Source: a virus (lineage: Duplodnaviria; Caudoviricetes). Taken from it: DNA of 34,344 nt. Both the position numbers and the translations under genes were made by a program. A model generated the notes under the pieces. The model did no database searches and was not told the origin of the DNA. It saw nothing but the letters and a program-made list of their open reading frames with translations. The stretch's first letter is position 1. Every line of letters starts with the position of its first letter. The DNA lies in IMG/VR virus record IMGVR_UViG_3300005662_000117, positions 1 through 34,344 of that record, one strand, 5' to 3'. Below are positions 27,401 through 34,344 of this stretch, in pieces.

Positions 27401-28354
27401 GATGCTACTAGCCACTCAACTAGAACTGGCGTTGTATTCATAAGCAATAAGACAAGTCCAGTTATTAGCCACTGGGGTAGTGCTTATTTAACAGATGGCG
27501 GCTTTGATACTGATCGTGGATATTTGTTTAACTACCAAGCGACCTCATTTGTTGCAAGTACAACTCGTAAAACAGCGTTCTTAATTCGTCTGGCTCCAAG
27601 TGTTTCAAACGCTATTGTTGGTGATTTGGGTGATAGAGAATTAATTAACAGAGCGCAATTACTACTACAAGGTATTGAAGTTACTGCGGGTACAGGTAGT
27701 GCTTCTGGTATTGTTATTGAGGGTGTTTTAAACCCAAGTAATTACCCAATTACACCAACAGATATTGATTGGCGTTCGTTGCAAAACCCATCTGCTGGTG
27801 GTCAGCCATCCTTTGCACAAGTTGCACTTGGTAGCTCAGTAATTTGGAACAACACGTTTACTGTGTCATTTAACGCTGATACACAGAGATATGCAGCAAA
27901 TAGAACATATTATGCTGATTTTGTGGCCACTGACGTTGCCAACGTTAGACCTGGTATGATTTTAACATCACCGACTACTGCTGTACAAGCAGTTATCCCA
28001 GGTGGTACAACTGTATCGTTTATTGGTGGTATATTTAACGTTAGTGGTATTAACTATCGAACAGTATTCTTTAACAGATCATTTACTGGTAACGTACCAA
28101 TTGGATCAACGATGTCATTCTCATCTATTGCGAATTATGCATATCCGGGAGAACAAATTTTCTCATTCGTTGGTTTGCCTAATAATCAAACAGCACTAAA
28201 CTTAGGACAGTTGAAGGAAATTACTAATACTGCCATTGGTGGTCGAGGAGTATACCCAAATGGTCCAGACGTGTTAGCTATTAACTGTTACTTGACTGGT
28301 GGTAGCGACCAAGAAGTTTCGTTAGTACTACGTTGGTCAGAAGCTCAAGCGTAA
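21494..28354 (+). CDS. Giant virion structural protein: N-terminal KCxRD helical repeats, six beta repeats and a LamG/ConA-like domain
   Basis: 2286 aa. The LamG-like domain is marked by FGTGDFTIDFWF...TWYHL...GFVDEFRVSKGIAR, and there are six GYxxGDxxxIxGxxLGGxSPxND-type units. Confidence 0.8.
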   Translation: MAKKRIQNYVFTPGVSGLSNAFPNAYSLINANINFIIDEAKEFIDTQIEADTAINLFPNAVALLTANKEFLKEELTAWIANQVATGQPGFLGYTYDSTKCKRDTGYVIDGYINDLRYGGNEDTRSTASVYWSGTTPQIDGDRLAEIYGHAYLATIINDYVFTKTTYPTLQSAATQVTSGTAGEAGASARITSLSTIITSVIQNGLTSLPVISYGATFANYTYNEEKCRRDIGYVLPEIAWDLRYTGNRNTKEVAAKYWLNGVPQVDGDRTPEIATHNFIKDLINNYIIRNLPYASLQTPVVTTQTIDTNLSFETGADTAISALFGVVTTVIADGVDAGATLVNGVGTLNIGGKWTRDQLLLITNVTDNIILYNFADPEAGVTLTERDPTTPDIDTEINYGTTRITLNVDTSAMSSTDQIQIFVEDFQELRTRPYDFGTDAIERHRMSQAQSMLDADFEYGLQPTKWQALSLARSYPSVYEIPGTDTTVTLVTTDASSGTGGTGQSLITVTTSGAHGLQNGSPFIIRALSTAVSGFSRAEGVFLVNTTPSSTQFTYYAKAKVGTIASTELQESYTLLRRGGLYTGADVGTPTFNVYSQGSSGTFFPALNVAAGSTVIPYTGSIPTNNAPVAASGFIPVGATITSIVGTGSPDSVDYTDLTGINVSGLGTNAVFTVTREEGVYTAIPTTAGAGYAVNDQITISGEDLEGVSPGNDCLLTVATINSTGGILTVTALGDGIATGVAVTQTLADTSPAGSSVLEFTDTTGIQVGLAIDRGDGTSTVVTNVDGTTVSLSSPLTSALIGDAAEFSGIQPTSIVGTGTGVKFDVTRNGNLYTPTVTSGQLGTGYLVGDTLIIAGSSLGGISPVNDLVITVSTIGVGGTVTGFTSSGIGADQQTYTNKATTNVTGLGINAEFSVTRVGTSYTAVTPTTAGTDYVAGDKFRILGTDLGGTSPENDLDFTVTTVNGSGGITAVTFSGLADPGTASYASPATDPTAFTLVGTGATFSVVSNGTVYTPTIVNSGDATRSARVTSGTDSQTSATQARFGGNSLRLANLVSPATATSYATITSNTALEFGTGDFTIDFWFRPDSVGVNQTLVDMRNTASDSAVLLGVNASNNVYLYVSGSTRITGLDSISAETWYHLEVSKSSGFTEVFLDGQSQGTWTDGTTYALRPLVIGADYLGAGDGFAGFVDEFRVSKGIARHTSGFTVATSPYVNDSNTSALLHFNESVGATAFVDDIGGYSSGNQFIIRGTELGGATPANDMTITVLTVTTDRKIATVASSGTALDDDTYTALTGTLLTGNGAALTFNVSTSGTTYTTVTTGTIGTGYVVGDKVKVVGTLLGGTSPANDIVLEIVTVDVSGGVGIFSVVSGTANASTASYLAQTTTNSATKGADLVVTIGKGSGSYTFNAVEGTGGNNYVVGNRLKVLGTSLGGAIVTHDLILTVTEVDTSGSVVDATVSGTSSGGQAIPFYSTVVISEATTSILNTINPITFAAIAVIQVTFTSNHGLVPGAGILVNITSAALNQNLAAGPFYVEQVPSPTVIRYTARAQGSINATGLTGIIYTRSDTFFSHRPYDGGVQLGTGGPQHGAQAIRMSKNYIRYQSGKGLMYTTGALFAPSYDLLLATSDGLAVGSTITFTTDDVDHGLQVGADVKIIGVETSGYNNEYVVSSITSERIFTVIATQQLGATTATLTSQAQISLYRWNGATVRAGCFDDQNGMFWQYNGQRLGVTVRSATFQLAGSVTATPNSNSLTGTNTRFRDQLKAGDRIVIKGMTHTVTSVSSQTSLSMSPDYRGANTGSKIKLCRIQDRVFYQEDWNRDAADGSGPSGYNIDITKMQMIGIQYTWYGAGFIDYMLRGKEGNFLFVHRVRNNNVNTEAFMRSANLPVRYEVHNDGALAMLSADISASATSIPLDDTTDFPSSGTVYIDNEMISYTSKTSTTLGGITRAASLSNFTAGATRTYTAGDATSHSTRTGVVFISNKTSPVISHWGSAYLTDGGFDTDRGYLFNYQATSFVASTTRKTAFLIRLAPSVSNAIVGDLGDRELINRAQLLLQGIEVTAGTGSASGIVIEGVLNPSNYPITPTDIDWRSLQNPSAGGQPSFAQVALGSSVIWNNTFTVSFNADTQRYAANRTYYADFVATDVANVRPGMILTSPTTAVQAVIPGGTTVSFIGGIFNVSGINYRTVFFNRSFTGNVPIGSTMSFSSIANYAYPGEQIFSFVGLPNNQTALNLGQLKEITNTAIGGRGVYPNGPDVLAINCYLTGGSDQEVSLVLRWSEAQA
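23485..25882 (+). repeat. Six ~72-aa beta-rich repeats; the fourth is split by the LamG-like domain
   Basis: Units start near 23485, 23940, 24209, 24488 (resuming at 25214), 25396 and 25667. Confidence 0.8.
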
Positions 28355-28365
28355 TACGCAACCAC

Positions 28366-28394
28366 AAAAAAACGCTGCTCAGGCAGCGTTTTTT
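28366..28394. terminator. Bidirectional Rho-independent terminator
   Basis: AAAAAAACGCTGC-TCAG-GCAGCGTTTTTT, located between convergent genes. Confidence 0.92.
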
Positions 28395-28406
28395 AATGAC
28401 TAAAAT

Positions 28407-28856
28407 TCACATTAAATCAATTACATCAAACACAGTTTGTAATTTAGTACGCATAGTTTTATTGCCAAAACTACTACGCAATGCTTGATGTAACGGCTTA
28501 GGTGAGCCGTCAATAGAACTCCAACACCATCCTTCATGTTCGTCACTTAATGTGGGTATGAATTCTTCTTCTACTACGCATAGATACGTGTGAAAATTAA
28601 AGACACTGTCATTACTCACAAATGTTTCTAACGGCATTGTTTTAATTATAGCGGGAGGCTCGCCAATTTCTTCTTGGATTTCACGCTGTAGACCCTGCCA
28701 AGCACTTTCGCCTTGATCGTTAGTTCCGCCAACCAAGCCCCATGTGCCCGCATGTTTTCCATGAGATTTTTGTAGTAATAAAATTCTACCTGTTTGCTTG
28801 GCATAAAATACAGCCCCGCTACAGACAATTTTATCTTTTATAGTTCTAGTCTCCAT
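28407..28856 (-). CDS. NUDIX hydrolase
   Basis: Variant Nudix box WGLVGGTNDQGESAWQGLQREIQEEIG, plus LSDEHEGWCW. The start is probably ATG 28856 (METRTIKD), overlapping the end of the upstream gene. Confidence 0.88.
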   Translation of the reverse strand: METRTIKDKIVCSGAVFYAKQTGRILLLQKSHGKHAGTWGLVGGTNDQGESAWQGLQREIQEEIGEPPAIIKTMPLETFVSNDSVFNFHTYLCVVEEEFIPTLSDEHEGWCWSSIDGSPKPLHQALRSSFGNKTMRTKLQTVFDVIDLM

Positions 28857-30472
28857 GTACCCCTCGCATATTCGCCTTCGAAACTCTTGCCCCATTGGAC
28901 TCCGTTCCATTTGTATTGAACGTTAGTATATATGTTAGTTAGTTTTATGATAGTAGTAGTTGTGGCACCAGCATCCATTATCACGTTCCACTTGTCGCCG
29001 TCCCACTCAATAATGTCGTTGGTGTTGGCAATAAAATCACTGCCATCAGCATTCTTCCATGCATCTGGACCATTTCCATCTTCATTCAAGTATAATTCGT
29101 AAGTAATTTCATCATCAATTGCAACAGTTGCATCCAAACGCAACACCAACATGTCGGCAACATTGGATCCAATAGCACTCACTTCTGACCCATTTACAAA
29201 TACTTTAAAATTTTTAATTTTATCATACTCTATATTAGTATCTAATCTGTTACTGCGATTTTCAGCAATTAGTGTTTCTCTTATACCGCCACCAATGTTG
29301 TTAATAATCAAGTATCGTGTACCAACTGACGGTGCATCTAAACCAGCACCTGGACCACTTTTTTCTGGATCAACTATAGCGTCAAATGTTCCTGGACTAT
29401 TAGGTCTGTTTATAGACGCAATATCTGTGTTACCAGACGTGTCTAAGTCCCAACTAATAGTTAATACGCTCTCATCAATTGGGTTTAATGCAGCAGTTCC
29501 ACTGATTTCTGTACCATCTTCTTGAATTAGAAATAATCTACTAACTCCTGGTCTAAATTGTCCTGGATACGGATCTAAAATAGTTCTCCAGTTTATATTA
29601 TTGCCCATTTTAACACTAACATACAACGAATTATTGTTAGCATGAGTAACATTTTCGCCTGAATCTAAAATTCTAGCATTGCCGCCGTGTACAGTTATGC
29701 CAAAGTTTTCAATACTGGTTTTTGCTTTGTCTAATATGTCGCTAAAGTTTGGACCTGCCTCAACAGTATCTACACCCAAACCATCAATATAACCATTACC
29801 GGCAGAAATTCCGCCTTTATAAACACCCATTACAATATTGGTAACAACGCCAAGTGTTTTAACTTTACTTGGTGGACTGATCCATATTGGTATGTCAAAT
29901 GTTAATGAAGCAACATCAATATTACTTTCTGCACCAACTGGTACTTGTCTACTGCTAAATGTCATATTAGTCAAATTGACCACGCTTAAACTGGTCCAGT
30001 CTAAGTAATTGTCAGTTGTTTGTATTTCCAAACTAGGATTAAACAACATCATAATTTGTTCTAATATCTGCAACTTTTGTTCAGTACTTGTACTCCAAAT
30101 ATCTGCTTTAACTGTTAGTTTATATGGTGTTGGCATTAAACGTTCTACAGTGTAGTTTTTACCCTGTGTGCTAGTATACGCACCGTCTTCAACGTCTCTT
30201 TCGCGAATGTGTACCTTGCCCACGTGAGTAGCATCTGCCAATCTTTCTCGGTCCATTTGTAAATCAGTAATATAAACAGCAATACGCGGAGCACTGTTAA
30301 TCTTATTTTCACTGTTTTGACGATTAATGTTGGCAACTTGTCTATCGCTATCACCATACATAACGGGCACTTGTTTAAGTGTGCCGTCACCATATTTTAC
30401 TACAAAGTTGCTCAACAAACGAATTGTTTGTAACAAATAACGTCTTATCTGACCATCATAGAAAAATTGCAT
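28838..30472 (-). CDS. Tail terminator/sheath stabiliser, T4 gp15-like, with a long C-terminal extension
   Basis: FFYDGQIRRY...VPVMYG...PRIAV...PTPYKL...QILEQIMMLFNP match gp15-family motifs; the gene follows the gp14-like gene with a TAATG overlap. Confidence 0.75.
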   Translation of the reverse strand: MQFFYDGQIRRYLLQTIRLLSNFVVKYGDGTLKQVPVMYGDSDRQVANINRQNSENKINSAPRIAVYITDLQMDRERLADATHVGKVHIRERDVEDGAYTSTQGKNYTVERLMPTPYKLTVKADIWSTSTEQKLQILEQIMMLFNPSLEIQTTDNYLDWTSLSVVNLTNMTFSSRQVPVGAESNIDVASLTFDIPIWISPPSKVKTLGVVTNIVMGVYKGGISAGNGYIDGLGVDTVEAGPNFSDILDKAKTSIENFGITVHGGNARILDSGENVTHANNNSLYVSVKMGNNINWRTILDPYPGQFRPGVSRLFLIQEDGTEISGTAALNPIDESVLTISWDLDTSGNTDIASINRPNSPGTFDAIVDPEKSGPGAGLDAPSVGTRYLIINNIGGGIRETLIAENRSNRLDTNIEYDKIKNFKVFVNGSEVSAIGSNVADMLVLRLDATVAIDDEITYELYLNEDGNGPDAWKNADGSDFIANTNDIIEWDGDKWNVIMDAGATTTTIIKLTNIYTNVQYKWNGVQWGKSFEGEYARGTWRLEL

Positions 30473-31656
30473 TATAAATCTGCCTTAGGTTTTAGAGCCT
30501 TACTCAATGCTTGACGCTCTACAATAACTTCGCCACCAATTTCTGCACTAGCAGTATTATTGATGAAACTAGTTTTAAGTGTTTGCTTAGTATCAGTGTT
30601 TGACATGGTCATACGTACTGCATCTTCAGTTTTTACCCAACGTGTTCCATCATACCTAAACAATCTATTAGGCATGAAGTCAGTACGCAAGTAATAATCA
30701 TTTAAATGTGCGCTTGCTGGGAAATTTATTCCATGACCAAAATCAACACCGTTAGGAGGAACACCGTCGCCTAATAAGTAGCCAACATAGCCACTACGTA
30801 CAGCACGTCCGTGTATAGCACTAGCATCTGTTCCACCATCTGCGCTGCCAACAAAACTTGCATCAATTGCCGTTTGATCCGCAGTTTGTAGTACTGGCTT
30901 ACCAGTGTTTGGATCAACAGCAAGAGTAAAGAATTGTTGTGTTTGATACCCACTTAACGGAGCATCTGCTTCAGCTTGTGCTAACAATGCATTATTAATT
31001 TCAATTTCTTTAGCGTTAGTACTTAGAATATCTCTCAATGTTTGTGAAGATGGATCTCCGTTTGCGTCTGTTGCTGGTTTATCTAAAATGTCAGCAAATT
31101 GTTGAGCATCTACTATCTTTTTAAGTTTAACTCTGTACAAATGCGGGTACCAAGTAATACTAAATCCCTCGCTGGCACGACTTACATCTTCAATGACAAA
31201 GTAGCGAGGTAGTGAAAGTGTGTAATCATTAAGTGCAAAATCATCACGTAAGTGTGGTAATTCCAACACATCACCACTGATTGGTTTACGACCCACAGTT
31301 GAAATCCAGTCGTTGATATGAACAGTCATAAAAACTGTATCGTTGTCTATAAACAATCCAAACTGGCTCAAATTAAAATCTAAATTCTGTACATTATAAA
31401 TGCCCCGAACTTTATAAATGCTAGGGTCATATTTTCTATCCCTATTTTCCAGTAATAAAAGATCCTGAATATTAGTCTCTTTTAGTGCATCGTAATGTGG
31501 CTCAGCAGCAGTAGCGTTTTCTTCGCTGGTGTTGACACCTATGTATTTGTGGAGGTATAAATCCGTACCACCAATTTGGAACATCTCCCCAATTTGGCGA
31601 TCTATGAACTTATAATCGTTCCCTTTCTCTGGTTTATATAAACTTAGTCTTGGCAT
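30472..31656 (-). CDS. Neck/head-completion protein, T4 gp14-like
   Basis: Start re-called to MPRLSLYKPEKG at 31656, because the longer ORF would overlap the gp13-like gene. Motifs LSQFGLFI and GRKPISGDVLELPH; adjacent to gp13- and gp15-like genes. Confidence 0.72.
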   Translation of the reverse strand: MPRLSLYKPEKGNDYKFIDRQIGEMFQIGGTDLYLHKYIGVNTSEENATAAEPHYDALKETNIQDLLLLENRDRKYDPSIYKVRGIYNVQNLDFNLSQFGLFIDNDTVFMTVHINDWISTVGRKPISGDVLELPHLRDDFALNDYTLSLPRYFVIEDVSRASEGFSITWYPHLYRVKLKKIVDAQQFADILDKPATDANGDPSSQTLRDILSTNAKEIEINNALLAQAEADAPLSGYQTQQFFTLAVDPNTGKPVLQTADQTAIDASFVGSADGGTDASAIHGRAVRSGYVGYLLGDGVPPNGVDFGHGINFPASAHLNDYYLRTDFMPNRLFRYDGTRWVKTEDAVRMTMSNTDTKQTLKTSFINNTASAEIGGEVIVERQALSKALKPKADL

Positions 31657-31663
31657 AGTAGTA

Positions 31664-31683
31664 TATTTATCGGCAGCTAAATA
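31664..31683. promoter_or_regulatory. Back-to-back late promoters (CGATAAATA on -, GCTAAATA on +)
   Basis: Both motifs lie in the 44-bp gap between the divergent neck genes. Confidence 0.65.
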
Positions 31684-31700
31684 TACACGGAGATCTAATA

Positions 31701-32471
31701 ATGTCAAATCCAAGTACAAATTTAGCTGAAAGAGAAAAAGTTTATGACTACGTCCGTACCATGTTGGGCGACGGAATGGTGGATGTTGAGCTTGATCCCA
31801 AGCACTACGAAACCGCTTTAAACCGTGCTCTAGCACGATATCGTCAGCGAAGCAGCGGCGCCGTAGAAGAATCGTATTATTTCTTAGAGCTAGCACAAGA
31901 TGTTAATGATTATAGACTGCCAGACGAAATTATAGAAGTTCGTAGTATTTTCCGTAGAACAATTGGCAGTAGAACCGCGGGTGGCAGTGGTGGTACACAG
32001 TTTGAACCGTTCAATTTAGCCTACACAAATACCTACTTGTTAAACAGTACAATGTTGGGAGGTATTGCAACATACGATATGTTTGCCCAATATCAAGAAA
32101 TGGTAGGTCGTATGTTTGGAGCATATATTGAATTCCAGTGGATTCCCACTACTCACACATTGAGGATTTTACAGCGTCCTTTTAGTGAAGGCGAACAAGT
32201 AATGATTCGTGGCTACAACTACAGACCAGACTATATACTGTTACAAGATTTATATGCTGGGCAATGGTTTAAAGATTATACCTTGGCAACTTGCAAAATT
32301 ATGCTAGGTGAGGCTCGCGGTAAATTTAGTCAGATTGCTGGACCTGGCGGAGCAGGCGGACTTAACGGGGCAGATCTAAAATCTGCTGGTAAAGAAGAAC
32401 TTGAAAAATTAGATAAAGAAATAGAGCTTTATATTTCAGGCGGCACAGGCTATACATTGGTAATTGGATAA
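31701..32471 (+). CDS. Neck/head-tail adaptor protein, T4 gp13-like
   Basis: MLGDGMVDVELDPKHY...WFKDYTLATCKIMLGEARGKF...GLNG match the gp13-family pattern. Confidence 0.8.
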   Translation: MSNPSTNLAEREKVYDYVRTMLGDGMVDVELDPKHYETALNRALARYRQRSSGAVEESYYFLELAQDVNDYRLPDEIIEVRSIFRRTIGSRTAGGSGGTQFEPFNLAYTNTYLLNSTMLGGIATYDMFAQYQEMVGRMFGAYIEFQWIPTTHTLRILQRPFSEGEQVMIRGYNYRPDYILLQDLYAGQWFKDYTLATCKIMLGEARGKFSQIAGPGGAGGLNGADLKSAGKEELEKLDKEIELYISGGTGYTLVIG

Positions 32472-32472
32472 C

Positions 32473-32856
32473 ATGAAAATTTTAGACATCATCTCTGAAT
32501 CAAGTCAAAAGGCAGTCACTAAAAGACAGTCTCAAGCAACTGCCGGTCTAAACACCTATAACGATTCAGAGCGTGTTAGTGGCGACTATACTTCTTATAG
32601 ACTGGGAATGGCTGTCGCCGGCGCTAACGGCAAAGACCCACTACCAACAGAAATGAAGGCAAAAAGTTGGATTGGTAAGAGGAAGTCCACTCATCCATAT
32701 ACTAAAGAAGAACAAGAAATGCTCAAGCAAGCATACAAGGCAGTTGGTGCGAATTATCAAGATTTAAACCATGGCGATATGACAAGTAAAGAATTGGACG
32801 ATACCAATAAAGTTAGTCCAGTTCCAGCTCGCAAAAAGAACAAATACGGCGTATAA
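32473..32856 (+). CDS. Hypothetical basic protein, possible capsid-internal protein
   Basis: Likely start MKILDIISE at 32473, just after the gp13 stop; hydrophilic and K-rich. Confidence 0.6.
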   Translation: MKILDIISESSQKAVTKRQSQATAGLNTYNDSERVSGDYTSYRLGMAVAGANGKDPLPTEMKAKSWIGKRKSTHPYTKEEQEMLKQAYKAVGANYQDLNHGDMTSKELDDTNKVSPVPARKKNKYGV

Positions 32857-32860
32857 ACTC

Positions 32861-32889
32861 TTGACACTGCATTAATATTCATATAAAAT
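32861..32889 (+). promoter_or_regulatory. Sigma70-type promoter TTGACA-N17-TAAAAT
   Basis: Perfect -35, 17-bp spacer and 5/6 -10, upstream of the AGGAG RBS of the kinase gene. Confidence 0.8.
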
Positions 32890-32912
32890 TGTATTATCTT
32901 TAGGAGAGTACA

Positions 32913-33605
32913 ATGATTATTGGTATATGCGGCTTTATTGGTTCGGGCAAAGACACTGTTGCGGACTATCTAACAAACTTCCACGAATTTAGACGAGAAT
33001 CATTTGCCAGCACCCTTAAAGATGCAGTGGCACATGTATTTGGTTGGGACCGCACTATGCTAGAAGGGCGCACTAAAGAAGCCCGAGAATGGCGTGAACA
33101 AGTAGATCCTTGGTGGGCAAATAGATTGGATATGCCTAGCCTTACTCCTAGATGGGTTTTACAGTATTGGGGTACAGAAGTTTGTCGCAAAGCATTCCAT
33201 GATGATATTTGGATTGCTAGTTTAGAGAACAAACTTAGAACTAGTCGCGACCATGTAGTCATCAGCGACTGTAGATTTCCTAACGAAATTAAATCAATTA
33301 AAGATGCTGGCGGCATTATTGCTTGGGTACAGCGAGGAGAACTCCCAGACTGGTATCAAACAGCATTGGATGCAAACGCTGGATCAAATGTTGCTATGAA
33401 TGATCTCAAAATGAAAAAGATTCATGCAAGCGAAACCGCTTGGATTGGTACTGATTTTGATATTATTTTAGATAACAACGGGACAATTGACAGTCTATAC
33501 CAGCAAGTAAAACAAGTAATTACAAGTCCGGAACAAGATCTCCCTGTCGCCACTGAACGCCCTCTTTATGTAGGACTCTCTGACAATTTGCACATATCGT
33601 CTTAA
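32913..33605 (+). CDS. Deoxynucleoside monophosphate kinase (T4 gp1-like)
   Basis: P-loop IIGICGFIGSGKDT; SFASTLKD, TPRWVLQYWGTE, VVISDCRFPNE and HASE motifs. Confidence 0.92.
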   Translation: MIIGICGFIGSGKDTVADYLTNFHEFRRESFASTLKDAVAHVFGWDRTMLEGRTKEAREWREQVDPWWANRLDMPSLTPRWVLQYWGTEVCRKAFHDDIWIASLENKLRTSRDHVVISDCRFPNEIKSIKDAGGIIAWVQRGELPDWYQTALDANAGSNVAMNDLKMKKIHASETAWIGTDFDIILDNNGTIDSLYQQVKQVITSPEQDLPVATERPLYVGLSDNLHISS

Positions 33606-33861
33606 GATTACTGGGGCGACTGTTAGTTAAATTGCCATCTATGTGAAACACATTGAATTGCTCTTTGTGTTTGCTCTTAAAGCCGCATTTCTCACAAGTA
33701 TCTTTTTGACGGTATCCATCTAGATACCATTTGGGAAATCCGTGTGCTACCCCGCCGTGACGTAGGCATGCCTCACACTTACTTCTATAATAAGTGCGGC
33801 CATCTTTTTTATAGTTGATTGCGGCCGGTCTAAACCCGCATAAACACATTGGTCTTGCCAT
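33520..33861 (-). CDS. Zn-finger HNH-like protein
   Basis: Starts MARPMCLCG; CxC, CxxC and CxxC pairs, then VFHIDGNLTNSRPSNLKTICANCQRVLH. Confidence 0.75.
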   Translation of the reverse strand: MARPMCLCGFRPAAINYKKDGRTYYRSKCEACLRHGGVAHGFPKWYLDGYRQKDTCEKCGFKSKHKEQFNVFHIDGNLTNSRPSNLKTICANCQRVLHKEGVQWRQGDLVPDL

Positions 33862-33873
33862 AAAGTATTTATT
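33862..33873 (-). promoter_or_regulatory. Late promoter motif AATAAATACTTT directly before the HNH-like ATG
   Basis: The reverse strand reads GGAATAAATACTTTATG. Confidence 0.55.
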
Positions 33874-33931
33874 CCGCACCTTTTTGGTCCCTTTTCTGGG
33901 CTTGTTTGCGTTATGTTTTCTCCAACAAACA

Positions 33932-33942
33932 CTAAATACTTT
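33932..33942 (+). promoter_or_regulatory. Late promoter motif CTAAATACTTT for the sheath gene
   Basis: Same TAAATACTTT as at 1120 and 4873; upstream of an AGGAG RBS. Confidence 0.65.
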
Positions 33943-33971
33943 AGAAGAAGAATCTTAGGAGAGACCATACA

Positions 33972-34344
33972 ATGGCAACACTATCATCACCAGGCGTAAG
34001 CGTAACAGTTATCGATGAGAGCTTTTATACCCCAGCCGCTCCAGGTACAGTACCTCTAATTATTGTAGCAACGGCAGAGAATAAGCAAAACGGAGCAGGC
34101 ACAGGAATTGCTCCAGGTACACTGGCAACTAACGTTGGAAAGACATATTTAATTACTAGCCAGAAGGATCTTGTAGATACTTTTGGTGATCCAGTATTTA
34201 AAACGGACGCATCAAACAACCCAATCCATGCTGGCGAGCAAAATGAATACGGATTGCAAGCGGCTTATAGCTTATTAGGCGTAAGCAACAGGGCATACGT
34301 TGTACGTGCTGGAATTGACCTAGCGTCAATTAACGCATTGGCAA
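33972..34344 (+). CDS. gp18: Contractile tail sheath protein, T4 gp18-like (3' truncated; absent from the ORF track)
   Basis: Translates MATLSSPGVSVTVIDESFYTPAAPGTVPLIIVATA...LITSQKDLVDTFGDP...YGLQAAYSLLGVSNRAYVVRA, the typical sheath N-terminus; open to the window end. Confidence 0.9.
   Translation, partial: MATLSSPGVSVTVIDESFYTPAAPGTVPLIIVATAENKQNGAGTGIAPGTLATNVGKTYLITSQKDLVDTFGDPVFKTDASNNPIHAGEQNEYGLQAAYSLLGVSNRAYVVRAGIDLASINALA

Noticed and set aside
1664-28199. Numerous short antisense and alternate-frame ORFs (e.g. 18262-18942, 1664-2062, 5168-5542)
   Set aside because: They are shadows of codon-biased G/T/S/N-rich genes, with no recognisable motifs or evident RBS.
31657-31896. 80-aa N-terminal extension of the gp14-like ORF in the ORF track
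   Set aside because: It overlaps the gp13-like gene on the opposite strand, and a promoter motif sits just before ATG 31656.
34025-34219. 64-aa minus-strand ORF at the window end
   Set aside because: It is antisense to the clear tail sheath gene starting at 33972.
1-34344. Stop-codon reassignment (none of the complete genes called ends in TAG)
   Set aside because: Genes tile densely and intact under the standard code, so TAA preference in an AT-rich genome is sufficient.
1-34344. CRISPR arrays, tRNAs, introns, inteins or IS elements
   Set aside because: Intergenic gaps are at most about 150 bp. I saw no repeat-spacer periodicity, cloverleaf, intein motif or transposase motif.

Overview
This window is the virion-structure region of a large T4-like (myovirus-type) dsDNA bacteriophage. 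It is AT-rich, uses the standard genetic code and has AGGAG-type ribosome-binding sites. On the + strand it runs from the 3' part of the gp23-like major capsid gene, past an intrinsic terminator, through about 27 kb of co-oriented baseplate, fibre and appendage genes. These include a beta-helix fibre, three paralogous RCC1-type beta-propeller proteins, a 1063-aa mosaic fibre and a 2286-aa repeat protein. After a bidirectional terminator come a - strand operon (gp14-like neck, gp15-like tail terminator, NUDIX), the gp13-like neck gene, a possible internal head protein, a dNMP kinase, an HNH-like gene and the 5' end of the tail sheath gene. Late genes share an (A/C/G)TAAATA promoter motif, while the kinase has a sigma70 promoter. 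The most unusual signals are four. First, the 2286-aa protein has two helical repeats that reproduce the phycobiliprotein chromophore motif (KCxRDxGY). Second, the 1063-aa fibre has a cupredoxin-like module with a full type-1 copper ligand set, and two ligand-less paralogues occur elsewhere. Third, the three RCC1 propeller proteins share an N-terminal anchor with the main fibre, suggesting a branched adhesin system. Fourth, two late 5' leaders are structured. All product calls come from motif recognition by eye; no database searches were run.
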